Translations under genes and position numbers: made by a program
Origin: a virus
Taxonomy: Duplodnaviria > Caudoviricetes
Length of the DNA stretch: 58,414 bases
IMG/VR virus record: IMGVR_UViG_3300013094_000053
Location: 1 to 58,414 of that record
Direction: 5' to 3' (one strand)
Part shown: piece by piece, positions 17,494-27,900 of the stretch
Numbering within the stretch: position 1 is the stretch's first letter
How the letters are laid out: the number at the start of each line of letters is the position of its first letter
Notes under the pieces: model-generated
The model's database searches: none
What the model saw: only the letters and a program-made list of their open reading frames with translations
Told to the model about the DNA's origin: nothing

Positions 17494-18261
17494 ATGGCAC
17501 AAAATGTAAAAAACGTACTTGTTGGTGCAGCGAATATTTTCGTAAGCACAGGTAATGGAGTTAACCGCCCAAACACAGCAGTAGCAGGCTCAGGCGATCT
17601 CGGTTGGGCATCAACTCAACCAGCAGCAGGATATCTAGACTCAAGCTCTAAGTGGAGAAACGTCGGATATACAAACACAGGTTTTGAAGTATCATACGAG
17701 CCAGGATATGGTGAAGTTATGGTTGATCAACTTCTTGATGCAGCTCGTCTATTCAAGCAGACTCTTAAGATCACGCTTAAGACAGAACTCTCAGAGGGTA
17801 CACTTGAAAATATCAACTTGGTATTTGGACAAGCAGATAGCTATGTAACTTACACAGCAACTGGCTCAACATCAAACATTGAGAACTCATTTACTCCAGC
17901 AACTGTCAACACTGCAAACGTTGCAAACGCAACACTGAACTTGGCAGCTGGATCTCTCGGAGATTATCCAGTAGAGCGTTCACTCGTGGCAATCGGTAAC
18001 GTTCCACAGAACATTGGTACAGAAGGTTCTAACTACACAGTTAACGGATCATCAGCCCCAGGGCTTATTGATACTTCTGGAACAATTAAGAAGGAGCGTA
18101 TTTATGTTGCACGTCGTATCGTTCAGATGCAGACAACCGCACACGCATTGAAGCGTGACGGAGCTACAGTGTTCCCAGTCCAATTCCGTTGCCTCCCAGA
18201 TGACTCAGACTCATATGATGGTGCAGAATATGGCGTAATTATTGACCGTGTATACGGATAA
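17494..18261 (+). CDS. Major tail (tube) protein
   Basis: NVLVGAA, VGYTNTG.EVSYEP, VDQLLD, LSEGTLEN, FPVQFR; flanked by promoter and terminator. Confidence 0.8.
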   Translation: MAQNVKNVLVGAANIFVSTGNGVNRPNTAVAGSGDLGWASTQPAAGYLDSSSKWRNVGYTNTGFEVSYEPGYGEVMVDQLLDAARLFKQTLKITLKTELSEGTLENINLVFGQADSYVTYTATGSTSNIENSFTPATVNTANVANATLNLAAGSLGDYPVERSLVAIGNVPQNIGTEGSNYTVNGSSAPGLIDTSGTIKKERIYVARRIVQMQTTAHALKRDGATVFPVQFRCLPDDSDSYDGAEYGVIIDRVYG

Positions 18262-18291
18262 TAATACACCCTAAAACTTAATATCGTATAA

Positions 18292-18328
18292 ATAAATTCC
18301 CCTCAGAAATGAGGGGAGTTTATGTTTT
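18292..18328 (+). terminator. Intrinsic terminator after the major tail gene
   Basis: ataaattcccctca-gaaa-tgaggggagtttat followed by gtttt. Confidence 0.85.
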
Positions 18329-18340
18329 AATTACACAACT

Positions 18341-18349
18341 TGATATAAT
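18341..18349 (+). promoter_or_regulatory. Extended -10 promoter
   Basis: TGATATAAT, then AAGGAG SD and TTG 18379. Confidence 0.6.
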
Positions 18350-18378
18350 TACCTAGACAGCAAAAAAAGGAGAATGTT

Positions 18379-18714
18379 TTGCCAACCACAATATATGATG
18401 TATTAGAAATTGAACTATCAGATGGAACCGTTATTAAGGTTAAGCCATTGACAATTTCTTATCTTAAGAAGTTTATGACAGTTATTGATAAGATGAAGGA
18501 TGAGTCTGTTAAAACAGAGTCCGACATCCTAGAAGTGTTTATTGAAGCTGGTATGGTGTGCATGGAAGTATTTTACCCACAGCTTTCTACAGACAAAGAT
18601 GCCTTTGAAAAGGTAGTTGAAGTCCCTACACTTATGAAGATTTTGGAAGTTGCAGGCGGTGTCAAAATGGACTCCCCAAACTCCCCACTGGCGAATCTAG
18701 CTGGGACGAACTAG
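18379..18714 (+). CDS. Tail assembly chaperone (short form)
   Basis: Between major tail and tape measure genes; slippery site near its 3' end. Confidence 0.75.
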   Translation: MPTTIYDVLEIELSDGTVIKVKPLTISYLKKFMTVIDKMKDESVKTESDILEVFIEAGMVCMEVFYPQLSTDKDAFEKVVEVPTLMKILEVAGGVKMDSPNSPLANLAGTN

Positions 18715-18998
18715 ATCTCGCCAGTTTAGAAGCAGAAGTTTTTCTTCTAGGACATTGGAAGAATTTTGAAGAGTTGGAAAACAACCTTTCAATGGAGGAG
18801 GTTCTGATCATACTGAAGACAATGCGGGACAGAGATTATTCTGATAAGAAATTCACTGCAGCATTGCAAGGTGTAGATCTAGAGACTGAAGAAGAAGAAG
18901 ACAATGACATTACCGTTTTGAAAGGTACTGTAGCAAAAGATGCAGGTTTCGGAATTGGTTTTGGACTTGGCTATGTGGAGGAAATAGGTGGCAATTAA
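18379..18998 (+). CDS. Tail assembly chaperone, -1 frameshift product (about 206 aa)
   Basis: C CCA AAC at 18675..18681; the -1 frame is open from there (LPTGESSWDELDLASLEAEVFLLGHW...) through 18998. Confidence 0.75.
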
Positions 18999-21900
18999 TT
19001 CAGTAGACATTCACTTAAATGCATTTGCTAATTTTAGCCCTGTGTTTGCAGAGGTTACAAAGCTCAAAGCAGCTATGGCAGACATGCAGAGTTCTTCCTT
19101 TGGAAACACTCTAAGTAGTGATTATGTCTCTGGACTTCAAAAAGCCCAACAGCAATTTACCAATCTAGTAAATTCAACACGAGCATTTAATGTTCAGTCT
19201 GTTCAAATGGCAGACAGCGTTTCTCAATTTAGTAAGCAACTAGAATCAGGCCAATTAAAACTCGGTCAGTACTACAATATCTGGAAGCAAAACGCACAAG
19301 GCGTATCAACCCAGCTAGACGATTTAGCTACACAGCAAGCAAGAGTAGCTCGTTCTGTTGTTGTGCCAGATGCACTTCACGCAGGCTATTCTCAAGTAAT
19401 TACAGACCTTAACGGTGTAGTTACTGATACAGAAAAAGCAGCTTTTTATCAAACAGCTTACAATACAACACTCCGTGATGGAGCAAATAAGCTTATTGAT
19501 TTTGGTAAAAATATGCAATGGGCGGGTCGTCAATTAACAGTAGGCTTAACAGTACCACTTGGACTATTTGCAAATCAAGCAGCACAGACATATCTATCAT
19601 TTGATAAGCAAATGACTGACATGTTGAAGGTTTATGGTTCTCAGGCAGTAGTTCAATCTCAGGCAACTTTGGACACTATTAAAAATGAAGTTACTAATCT
19701 AGCTGAAAATCTAGCCCATACAATTGGTATCACAATGACGGATACCGTAACAATTGCACAAACATTCTCTCAAATGGGCTTAACGGGACAAGATCTTCTT
19801 AAGACAACTGATGCTACTGCTAAATTGATGAAAATTGGTGGATTGACTGCAGCAGACTCTGCACAAGCAGCAATTGCTATGCAGAATGTATTTAAGTTGC
19901 AATCCAGCCAAATGACTGATGCTATTAACTTTTTAAATGCTGCTAAGCACTCAACATCTACATCAATGCAAGACCTTGTTGAAGCTATGCCAAAAGTTGG
20001 TCCAATCATTACTCAAATGGGCGGAAGCTATAAGGATTTTGCAACACTGTTAGTAGCATTGCGTGAAAATGGTGTGCCAGCATCACAAGCAGCTAACACA
20101 ATTAAATCAATGTTTGCTACCTTGATTAATCCTACAACAAAAGCTGTAAATGAATTTAATAATCTTGGCATAAGCCTAAAGGGTATTGTTGCACAAGATG
20201 CAAATAATCCATTGAAGATGTTGCAGGATCTACAAGCAGCACTAGATAAGCTTCCTAATGCTACTAGAACTCAAGCAATTGAACAATTGTTTGGAAAATT
20301 CCAGTTTGCTCGTGCAGACGCACTTATATCAAGTTTAGGCAAGGCTGGATCTCAAAATGAAAAAGTTATGCAGTTGTATGCAAGTAGTTCATCAGAACTT
20401 GCAGCAGTTGCACAACAAGAAGTAGACGTTGCAAGTAAGGGTACTCCTGCAGCCCAATATGCAAAGATGAAGGCAAGTCTACAGGCAGACTTGATTCCAG
20501 TCGGCAGAGAATTTCTTGTTGTTATGACAAATATCGGAAATGTCTTAGACGGAATTGTAAAGTGGTTTGATAAATTAGGTTCAATGAAGAGCGTTTTGAT
20601 TGGCGGATTAGCTGTGGTTGGCTTAATCGGTCCGCTTGTAATGTTTGCAGGTTTATTCTCTAACCTTGTCGGAACTATATTTAAAGGCTTCAACTACATG
20701 CGAATGTTTAAGGAAGGCTTTACTCAGGCTACTGACACAGGTCCTCTTCAAAGATTTGCAGCAGGACTCAAGAACATGTCAAACTTCTATCATGAAGTTG
20801 ATGTAAGTGCACTTGCAGCATCACATTCTACAGACTTAATGGAACTATCTGCACAAAATAGTGCAAAGGCTTTTGATGTTCTCGCAACAGCGATTAGAAA
20901 TCTAACAACTCAAATTTCTGCACTTAATGCAGTATCAGTCAATCCTGGAGCCTTGGCATCAGATCTAGATACAGTTATTACAGAAGCTGGAACTACCGCA
21001 AGAGAAGCTACAGGTGCTTTACAAATGGAACTACCAATGCTATTTGCATCTGGTGGAAATGTTCCAGGCACTGGAAGTGGCGATACTGTACCAGCTATGC
21101 TTACTCCAGGTGAATTTGTAGTTAATAAATCAGCAGCTGCAAAATACAGCACAGTTCTTTCAGCAATGAATAGAAATAATTTGCCAGGGTATATGACGGG
21201 CGGGCAGGTAGTATTTAATGGATCAAGCTATACGGGTACATCATCTGCTCAAAAAGTTATTGAAGAAATTCAAGCTAACTTCTCTGGAGTAGAATCAATC
21301 ATAACAGAAATGCTTGATAGACTTGCTCTAAATGGCAAGATTACTGCATCTGCACTAAAGTCAGATCCAGTATATTCAGAAATGCAAAGAGTAATGCATA
21401 TGAAGACTGCATCAAGCAATGCATATTTTGATACTGGCAGAGGTAATGCTGCTAATACAGGATTAGCCCGTGCACACACAACAGAACCAATCACTTTGAC
21501 TGCAGATCAAGTAAGAGCTATGTATGCATCAGGTGCAATTGATGAAACTACTCATGGAAATATGATGGGTACATTTGCTAAGAATGGATCTGTAAATGCT
21601 TACTCTGAATCAATAATGAATCTTCCAGCTGCAGCTAACAAGGGTTACATGTCTGGAAATGAATTAGCAGACTGGCTACAGGCAGAGGCAAGAAATCCAA
21701 ATAGCGAAGTTTATAAAAATTTTGCAAATGTTGATGAGCCATTTAAACAGGGTATGATTACAGCAATTAGAAGTCATGGCTCTAAGTTGGTTGGGGATGC
21801 AGAACTCAATTCTGCAGTTCAATCTACTATTGATGATGAGTTTAATGGTGTATCTCAAGTTGTAAGAGATTCTGTAATTAAAGAAAGAAATACATTTAAG

Positions 21901-24510
21901 ACTTATCAATATACAGATGCAAAGGGAACAAGATCTAGAACTGGTATGGGTGGCGGAGCTACTGAATACCCAGATCCATCTGGAATATCTTTGGGCGGTG
22001 CTGGATCTTATTATTCAAGACCTACTGCTTCCATAGAAGCGCAAAAGCAAGCTAATGCTTATGTTCAACAAATAGCAGAACAATCTGGTAAATCTTGGAG
22101 TGTTGGCGTAGCCAAGGGAATTAATGATTCTCAATCTATTATTAATGATGCAGAAGTTGAAAGCGTTAATGCCACATTAGAATCTGGAAGAGGTGCATCT
22201 GAAGCAGCCAGCCCATCTGGATTATTCAGAAGAATGCTGGGGCAACCAATTGGACAAGGCACTGCTGCTGGAATTACTGATACAATACCAGATGTTGAAG
22301 CTGCAGCAAAAGCAAGTGTAGAAGCTGCAAGTACTGCAACTCAAGAAGCTCTACAAATGGAGCTTCCATTTGCACAGCAAAGTATAAAAGAATTTAGTGC
22401 TCAACTATGGGTACCAGCAGAAGAAGAAGCTGTAGTCGCTGCTGAAGAAACTTCAGGCATATTTAGTAGAATGCTAGCATCAAAGATGGGTGCAGGCGGA
22501 GCTGGAATGGGACTTGCTATGGTAGCCCCAATGCTCACCAGCATGCTTCCAAAGGGTGGTGTATCTTCTGCTATAGGAAATGTTGCATCAATGTCTGGAA
22601 TGGGAATGATGGCTGGTATGGCTTTCGGCCCAGAAGGTGCTCCAATAGGAGCTGCAATAGGTGCTGCAGCAGGAGCAGTAAAATCATTATTTGATATGAT
22701 TTCTGCACGTTCCGCATCAGTTGCAGCAGAATGGAAAGCCAATACAACAAGTTCTGTGTCAGACCTTCAAATCTTCAAGAGTACTGCATTGAATACAGCA
22801 GTTCAAACTAAAAATCTCTCTTTACAAACAAGTAATCTTTCAACAAAGACAGTAACATTAAAGGGCAATATAGTTGATCTTGGAAACGGGATGTCAAGTG
22901 CAAGCACTCAAGTCCAAGCAATGGTTGCTGCAATCAAAAGTCTACCAAAGGGAGATCCCCTAGGAGATCTTGTAAAGGCTATATCAGACCCAAATTATAA
23001 AATAACTGGCGTTGTTGGCAACTTGAAGCAAAATGTTCAAAATGCTATATCAACAGGCGGACTAGATCCTTCACAAGCAAAAGCATATGTTTATTCAGCT
23101 TTGCAGGCAGCAGGCAGAACTACAGATTTTGAAACTGCATGGAAAGAAATTTCAAGATCTATTGGGTATAACGAAAAAACTGGCAAGGCAGATGCGTCAA
23201 AAGCAACAACATCATCTCTTAATGCTCTAGTTAATAGTCAAGATTTTGTTACAACTGGATTGGCTTATGGCGGAAGAGCTGGTTCAAAGATGTATCAATT
23301 AGATTATTCATCATTAACAGGAGCTGCTAAAGCATATGCAGATCAGCTAAATAATTTGTATGCAATTACATCAAATAGCTCTCTTGGTTTTAAAGATATG
23401 CAAGATAGAATTAATGCAGTTAAAGCAGCAAGTGGAGATACAAGTACAGCACTTGATTTACTTGAAAAGACTATCATTGGCACAGGAAGTAAAGATGATA
23501 TAGCAAGATTAACTCAGGTTGAAGGATATATCAAAGGCATGGGGCCTAATGCTAAATTATCTGCATCAGAAATTATGAAGATGAATGCTGTTTTGCAGGT
23601 CATGACTCCAGATCAATTGCAGGCCTGGGCAAAGGCAAATGGTACCAAGCTAGGTTTAACAGCTGCATCTAAAATGGGTGAAATTATTGATGCTTATGCA
23701 AAAAGTGGAGATTTTCAGAAAGCTGTAGACGCAGCTAACAAAGCGATTATGGCTGGTCTCAATGGAGCAGGAGGCGGTGCTGGCGGTGGTGGCGGTGGTG
23801 ACTCAACAACTTCTACTGGCCCAGATTATGCAAAGATATATGCTCCAGTTATTAAGCATTATACGGACCTAAAGAAATTGGTAGATGCTCAAGCAGCTGC
23901 TCAGCAAAAATATAATGATCAATTAAAGCTTACACAAGATTACCAAACTAAGCAAATGGATTATTTTAATCAGATGAAGCAAGCTACAATTAGTGGAGAT
24001 TATCTTGCAGCTGCACAAGCTCAACAATCCGCACAGAATGCACAAGCAACATATGCTGGACAATTGAAGGCTGGAAAACAAACAGATCTTGCAACTAGTC
24101 TGTCTAATATTATTAGTGCTTTACAGGACGCATCATCTAACTCTGTTGCACTTAAAAATCTAAGCAAGTATACTGGTATGAATATTCCTACTACATTTAG
24201 CTCTAAATATGATGCATCACTTTTGGGAGGAATCTCAACGGCATCTTATGAAAAGCAAACGGCAGGTGTAAATTCTCAAGTTCAAGCAGCTGTTGCAGCA
24301 GCTAGCAAACTTGCAAGTGGAGATGCTTTCCAGGGAGTTCAAGTTTATCAAACTATTAATACAAGTAATTCTGTAATTACTCCAAAGGAATATGAAGCGG
24401 CTATCACAGCAGCAACTCAAAAGGGAATTCAAGAGGGTCTTGCTAAAGCTAAGGCTAAGGCAAACACTACTCACAATGTCAAAACAGCAACGGTAAAGGT
24501 AAAACACTAA
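18988..24510 (+). CDS. Tape measure protein
   Basis: 1840 aa, Ala-rich; WAGRQLTVGLTVP and TP901-like core; GDTVPAMLTPGEFVV motif; hydrophobic segments. Confidence 0.9.
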   Translation: MAINSVDIHLNAFANFSPVFAEVTKLKAAMADMQSSSFGNTLSSDYVSGLQKAQQQFTNLVNSTRAFNVQSVQMADSVSQFSKQLESGQLKLGQYYNIWKQNAQGVSTQLDDLATQQARVARSVVVPDALHAGYSQVITDLNGVVTDTEKAAFYQTAYNTTLRDGANKLIDFGKNMQWAGRQLTVGLTVPLGLFANQAAQTYLSFDKQMTDMLKVYGSQAVVQSQATLDTIKNEVTNLAENLAHTIGITMTDTVTIAQTFSQMGLTGQDLLKTTDATAKLMKIGGLTAADSAQAAIAMQNVFKLQSSQMTDAINFLNAAKHSTSTSMQDLVEAMPKVGPIITQMGGSYKDFATLLVALRENGVPASQAANTIKSMFATLINPTTKAVNEFNNLGISLKGIVAQDANNPLKMLQDLQAALDKLPNATRTQAIEQLFGKFQFARADALISSLGKAGSQNEKVMQLYASSSSELAAVAQQEVDVASKGTPAAQYAKMKASLQADLIPVGREFLVVMTNIGNVLDGIVKWFDKLGSMKSVLIGGLAVVGLIGPLVMFAGLFSNLVGTIFKGFNYMRMFKEGFTQATDTGPLQRFAAGLKNMSNFYHEVDVSALAASHSTDLMELSAQNSAKAFDVLATAIRNLTTQISALNAVSVNPGALASDLDTVITEAGTTAREATGALQMELPMLFASGGNVPGTGSGDTVPAMLTPGEFVVNKSAAAKYSTVLSAMNRNNLPGYMTGGQVVFNGSSYTGTSSAQKVIEEIQANFSGVESIITEMLDRLALNGKITASALKSDPVYSEMQRVMHMKTASSNAYFDTGRGNAANTGLARAHTTEPITLTADQVRAMYASGAIDETTHGNMMGTFAKNGSVNAYSESIMNLPAAANKGYMSGNELADWLQAEARNPNSEVYKNFANVDEPFKQGMITAIRSHGSKLVGDAELNSAVQSTIDDEFNGVSQVVRDSVIKERNTFKTYQYTDAKGTRSRTGMGGGATEYPDPSGISLGGAGSYYSRPTASIEAQKQANAYVQQIAEQSGKSWSVGVAKGINDSQSIINDAEVESVNATLESGRGASEAASPSGLFRRMLGQPIGQGTAAGITDTIPDVEAAAKASVEAASTATQEALQMELPFAQQSIKEFSAQLWVPAEEEAVVAAEETSGIFSRMLASKMGAGGAGMGLAMVAPMLTSMLPKGGVSSAIGNVASMSGMGMMAGMAFGPEGAPIGAAIGAAAGAVKSLFDMISARSASVAAEWKANTTSSVSDLQIFKSTALNTAVQTKNLSLQTSNLSTKTVTLKGNIVDLGNGMSSASTQVQAMVAAIKSLPKGDPLGDLVKAISDPNYKITGVVGNLKQNVQNAISTGGLDPSQAKAYVYSALQAAGRTTDFETAWKEISRSIGYNEKTGKADASKATTSSLNALVNSQDFVTTGLAYGGRAGSKMYQLDYSSLTGAAKAYADQLNNLYAITSNSSLGFKDMQDRINAVKAASGDTSTALDLLEKTIIGTGSKDDIARLTQVEGYIKGMGPNAKLSASEIMKMNAVLQVMTPDQLQAWAKANGTKLGLTAASKMGEIIDAYAKSGDFQKAVDAANKAIMAGLNGAGGGAGGGGGGDSTTSTGPDYAKIYAPVIKHYTDLKKLVDAQAAAQQKYNDQLKLTQDYQTKQMDYFNQMKQATISGDYLAAAQAQQSAQNAQATYAGQLKAGKQTDLATSLSNIISALQDASSNSVALKNLSKYTGMNIPTTFSSKYDASLLGGISTASYEKQTAGVNSQVQAAVAAASKLASGDAFQGVQVYQTINTSNSVITPKEYEAAITAATQKGIQEGLAKAKAKANTTHNVKTATVKVKH

Positions 24511-24975
24511 ATGACAGTATATGCTATACAGGCGGGAATACAAGTTTCTACTGATAATACTACATGGTATCCATTAACAGATCATAACCGTGATCCTATT
24601 CAAGTTGAAAATAGCCTAATTGAAGAATCTTCCCGTATGGCAAATGGTAAAATGCGTAAATATGTAATTGCCTCAAAGAGAACATTTACCGTAACTTGGA
24701 AAACATTGACATCTAGCACAAATGATACAGTTGATGGAAATTATTCATCAGCCTGGCTAAATGCTTTTTATTCACAAAATGTATTTAGTCCAATCTATAT
24801 TAAGTTTGTACATTCAGCATCATCTACGCCTTCGGTTGGAGATACCTCATTTTTGAGTTCTAAATTCACATCAGAAACAACTCAAGTTTTCATTACTAAG
24901 TTTGATATAACTACATCAAAGAGAAATGAATTCAGAGACCTAGTTGATATGACCATAGAATTTACGGAGGTATAA
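24511..24975 (+). CDS. Minor tail protein (distal-tail-like)
   Basis: RMANGKMRKY, C-terminal FTEV; follows tape measure. Confidence 0.6.
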   Translation: MTVYAIQAGIQVSTDNTTWYPLTDHNRDPIQVENSLIEESSRMANGKMRKYVIASKRTFTVTWKTLTSSTNDTVDGNYSSAWLNAFYSQNVFSPIYIKFVHSASSTPSVGDTSFLSSKFTSETTQVFITKFDITTSKRNEFRDLVDMTIEFTEV

Positions 24976-27900
24976 TGCTACTAAATACTGATAATACGTA
25001 TAGAGACATTTTTCTAAATGCTAAATCCGTAAATATGCTACCAGTGATTTCTGCTGAGTGGAATCAAAACCTCTTTAATCCGCCATATCTTATGGTAACT
25101 GGAGATGGAACAAAGTTTACTCCAACTACAACAAGTACAATATCTTCAGTTACAGGTGCTGCTGCACATCCAGTCTTTACTACAAATTCATTTGCTACAA
25201 CTACTGGAACATCAACGGCATCAGGATCTGTTTTATATACATGCACCACAAATGGCTCAAGTCCAACTTACAAGATAGTTACCTATATGATGACCAGTCA
25301 GGCATTACCAGTGCTTGTATCATCTTATGCAAAAGACAGCACAAATGTTTACACTGGGTCAACTCAAACAGAAATTAATAACTACGGTTGGACTAAAATA
25401 GAGACCTATATTGGCGGGGCTCCAACATCTGGAAACCTTACAACATTTTCATACAATATAGTGGCGACAACTTTAGACTCTTCAAGCGGAACTCCAACTA
25501 TATACTTTACGGTTCCAGAAGTTTACGTTTGTTCTTATTTTGATTATCAATATCATACCCTGTGGGACCCATACAGCGTTGTAACTAATTTTAGACCAGG
25601 AGAATCATATGTAACCACTGGAGACTATAAATATTCTCTTCAAGCTGATTTTAGAAAGATTAGTTCTCCATTATTGAACGGTTATGCTGGGACTACATAT
25701 TCTCCAGTAAGCTCTATTGTTCAGAACCCAAACCATATTTTAGCAACACAGTATGTACCACTTATTAAAAATGTGGTTCCAACAGATATCAATCCATATA
25801 AATATTTTGTTTCTGATACATCAAACACATCACTTACTGCTTTATACCAGACAGCAGTAAATACAAATAAGCTTGTATTTAAATTTAATACAATGGTTAC
25901 AATCCCAACCGTTCAAATTAAAGTTAATGGAACTGCAATAACTGTTGATGGAACATCAAGCATCACTGTACCATCAAACGGAGTATTGGTAATCTACTGG
26001 AATGGTTCTCAGTGGACTCAGAAGAAGTGGGGAGATCCAACAGGAACACCAGTAACTACAATGCCATACCTAGACCAAACAACTGGAGCATTGTCACTAT
26101 ATACATCTTTAACTAAGTTAACAGTAACGCAGCTTTCAAAAACTATAAATTCTGCTTTTACTACATCAAATACAACATTCGCCTCAGATGCAAATAGAAT
26201 GCATTTAATTGAAATGTCTCCAAGACTAGAAATTGATTTAAGTAATTTTGTAGAGGATGTAACGATAACCAAAGCCCTTGACAGCAAGAGCACAGTTATC
26301 CCGCTATCAACAATTAATCCTGATGACCTATTGACTACTTTGTCTGGAATTCCAGCATTTAATGGCTCTTCCGTTATACCAGTATTATCAAATCAAAGTA
26401 ATAAATCAACAAGTATCCTGGCAAATATGTTGAGAAAAAATATTAAAATTTATTCAAGTTTTAATTTAATTTCATATACAACAACAACTACAACGACAGT
26501 TAACACTTATATTCCAGGCGGGATTTATTATGTTGACACCTGGGACGAAACAGATATTAAAGAAATTAAAGTTCAATGCTATGATATAACTAGATATCTA
26601 CAAACAGTTCCTGTTGCGGATTATGTAGCAAACCTAAAGGGTGTACTAGATATTGTCAGCAATATACTTGATCTTACTGGATTTACAGATTATGATTATG
26701 ATTCATTGTATAAAGTTTGCAACGATCCATTGATTCCAATGGAGTTATCTTACTTCTATTGCAACTCAAAAGACACCACTCTCGTAGCTGCGTTAAATTC
26801 AATATTCTTGGCGTACCAAATTGGTTGCTTTATTGATGAATACGGAGTCATGAGATTCTTAAGCTTATCTAATATCATTAATAATGCTAACTTAGTCAAT
26901 CTTGGTATAAACCAATCTGTTATGTCTATAGATGATAACAACATTGTGATGGAGGGATATGGTGTTACAAACTCATCTAAAGTTGGTATGATATCAATAA
27001 GATATCAAAGTCCAAAGATCCTACAATCCCTAGCCCTTCAAAATGCCACAGATCCAGCTATTAAAAATACAGCTTCATTTATTTATACCACATCTAATGA
27101 CGTAGTATGGCAACAAGGAAATACTGATTCTGTAGGATTTAACTATCTTGCTTCAAGCATGGCGGAAACAGATTCAAGCTTTCAGCTATACCAAAGAGAT
27201 CTATTAAATCAATTCCACACATACTCTCTAAATAATAATGGATATTCCGTGATAGAAGATGAGATAGTTTCATTCGAGTATAAGCAATATCTTATTTCAA
27301 ATTCAAGTGGATATGTTTATGCAAATGTTAAGAATGATATTGAATTGCAAGCAGAGATAAATAAATTTATTAAAAAATATCAGTCTTCGCTGACTACATC
27401 TGATGGAACAACTAAGGGTGACTACAATGTTACTATTGTACCTCAAAATAAAATCACAAATGTTCAAAGAGGTCTTTTTGGAACTACGCCAGTTGCACAC
27501 AACATCATAACTTCTCTAGCATCAAAGAACCTTTCTTCTGGAGGATCTGGAACAGCAAGTATCTCTACAATAGGTGCGGGTAGCCCAAATCAAATTGAAG
27601 TTGTTGGAATGATACCAAGCGGTTCATCTAAAGTAACGCTGTATCCTACATCTGCTAGGGATATTGGATACAAAACATATTCTATTAAATTTGGTTTGAA
27701 TACTCAAGATAGAAGTGCAGCTGGTCTGTTCTTTAATGCATCTGGTGGCAATGGATCTAGCGGGTATTTTGTTGAATTGGTTCAAGTAAATACTTATACT
27801 CCAGAAACAACTACTATGAGTAATAACTATAATTATTATATGATTATTTATAACTCATCTGGCGTGTTATATTGGGCAAACGTGACTGGTGAAGTCAATG

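Noticed and set aside
18774-18998. Independent 74-aa gene
   Set aside because: Better explained as the -1 frame extension of the tail chaperone; frame is open well upstream of the TTG
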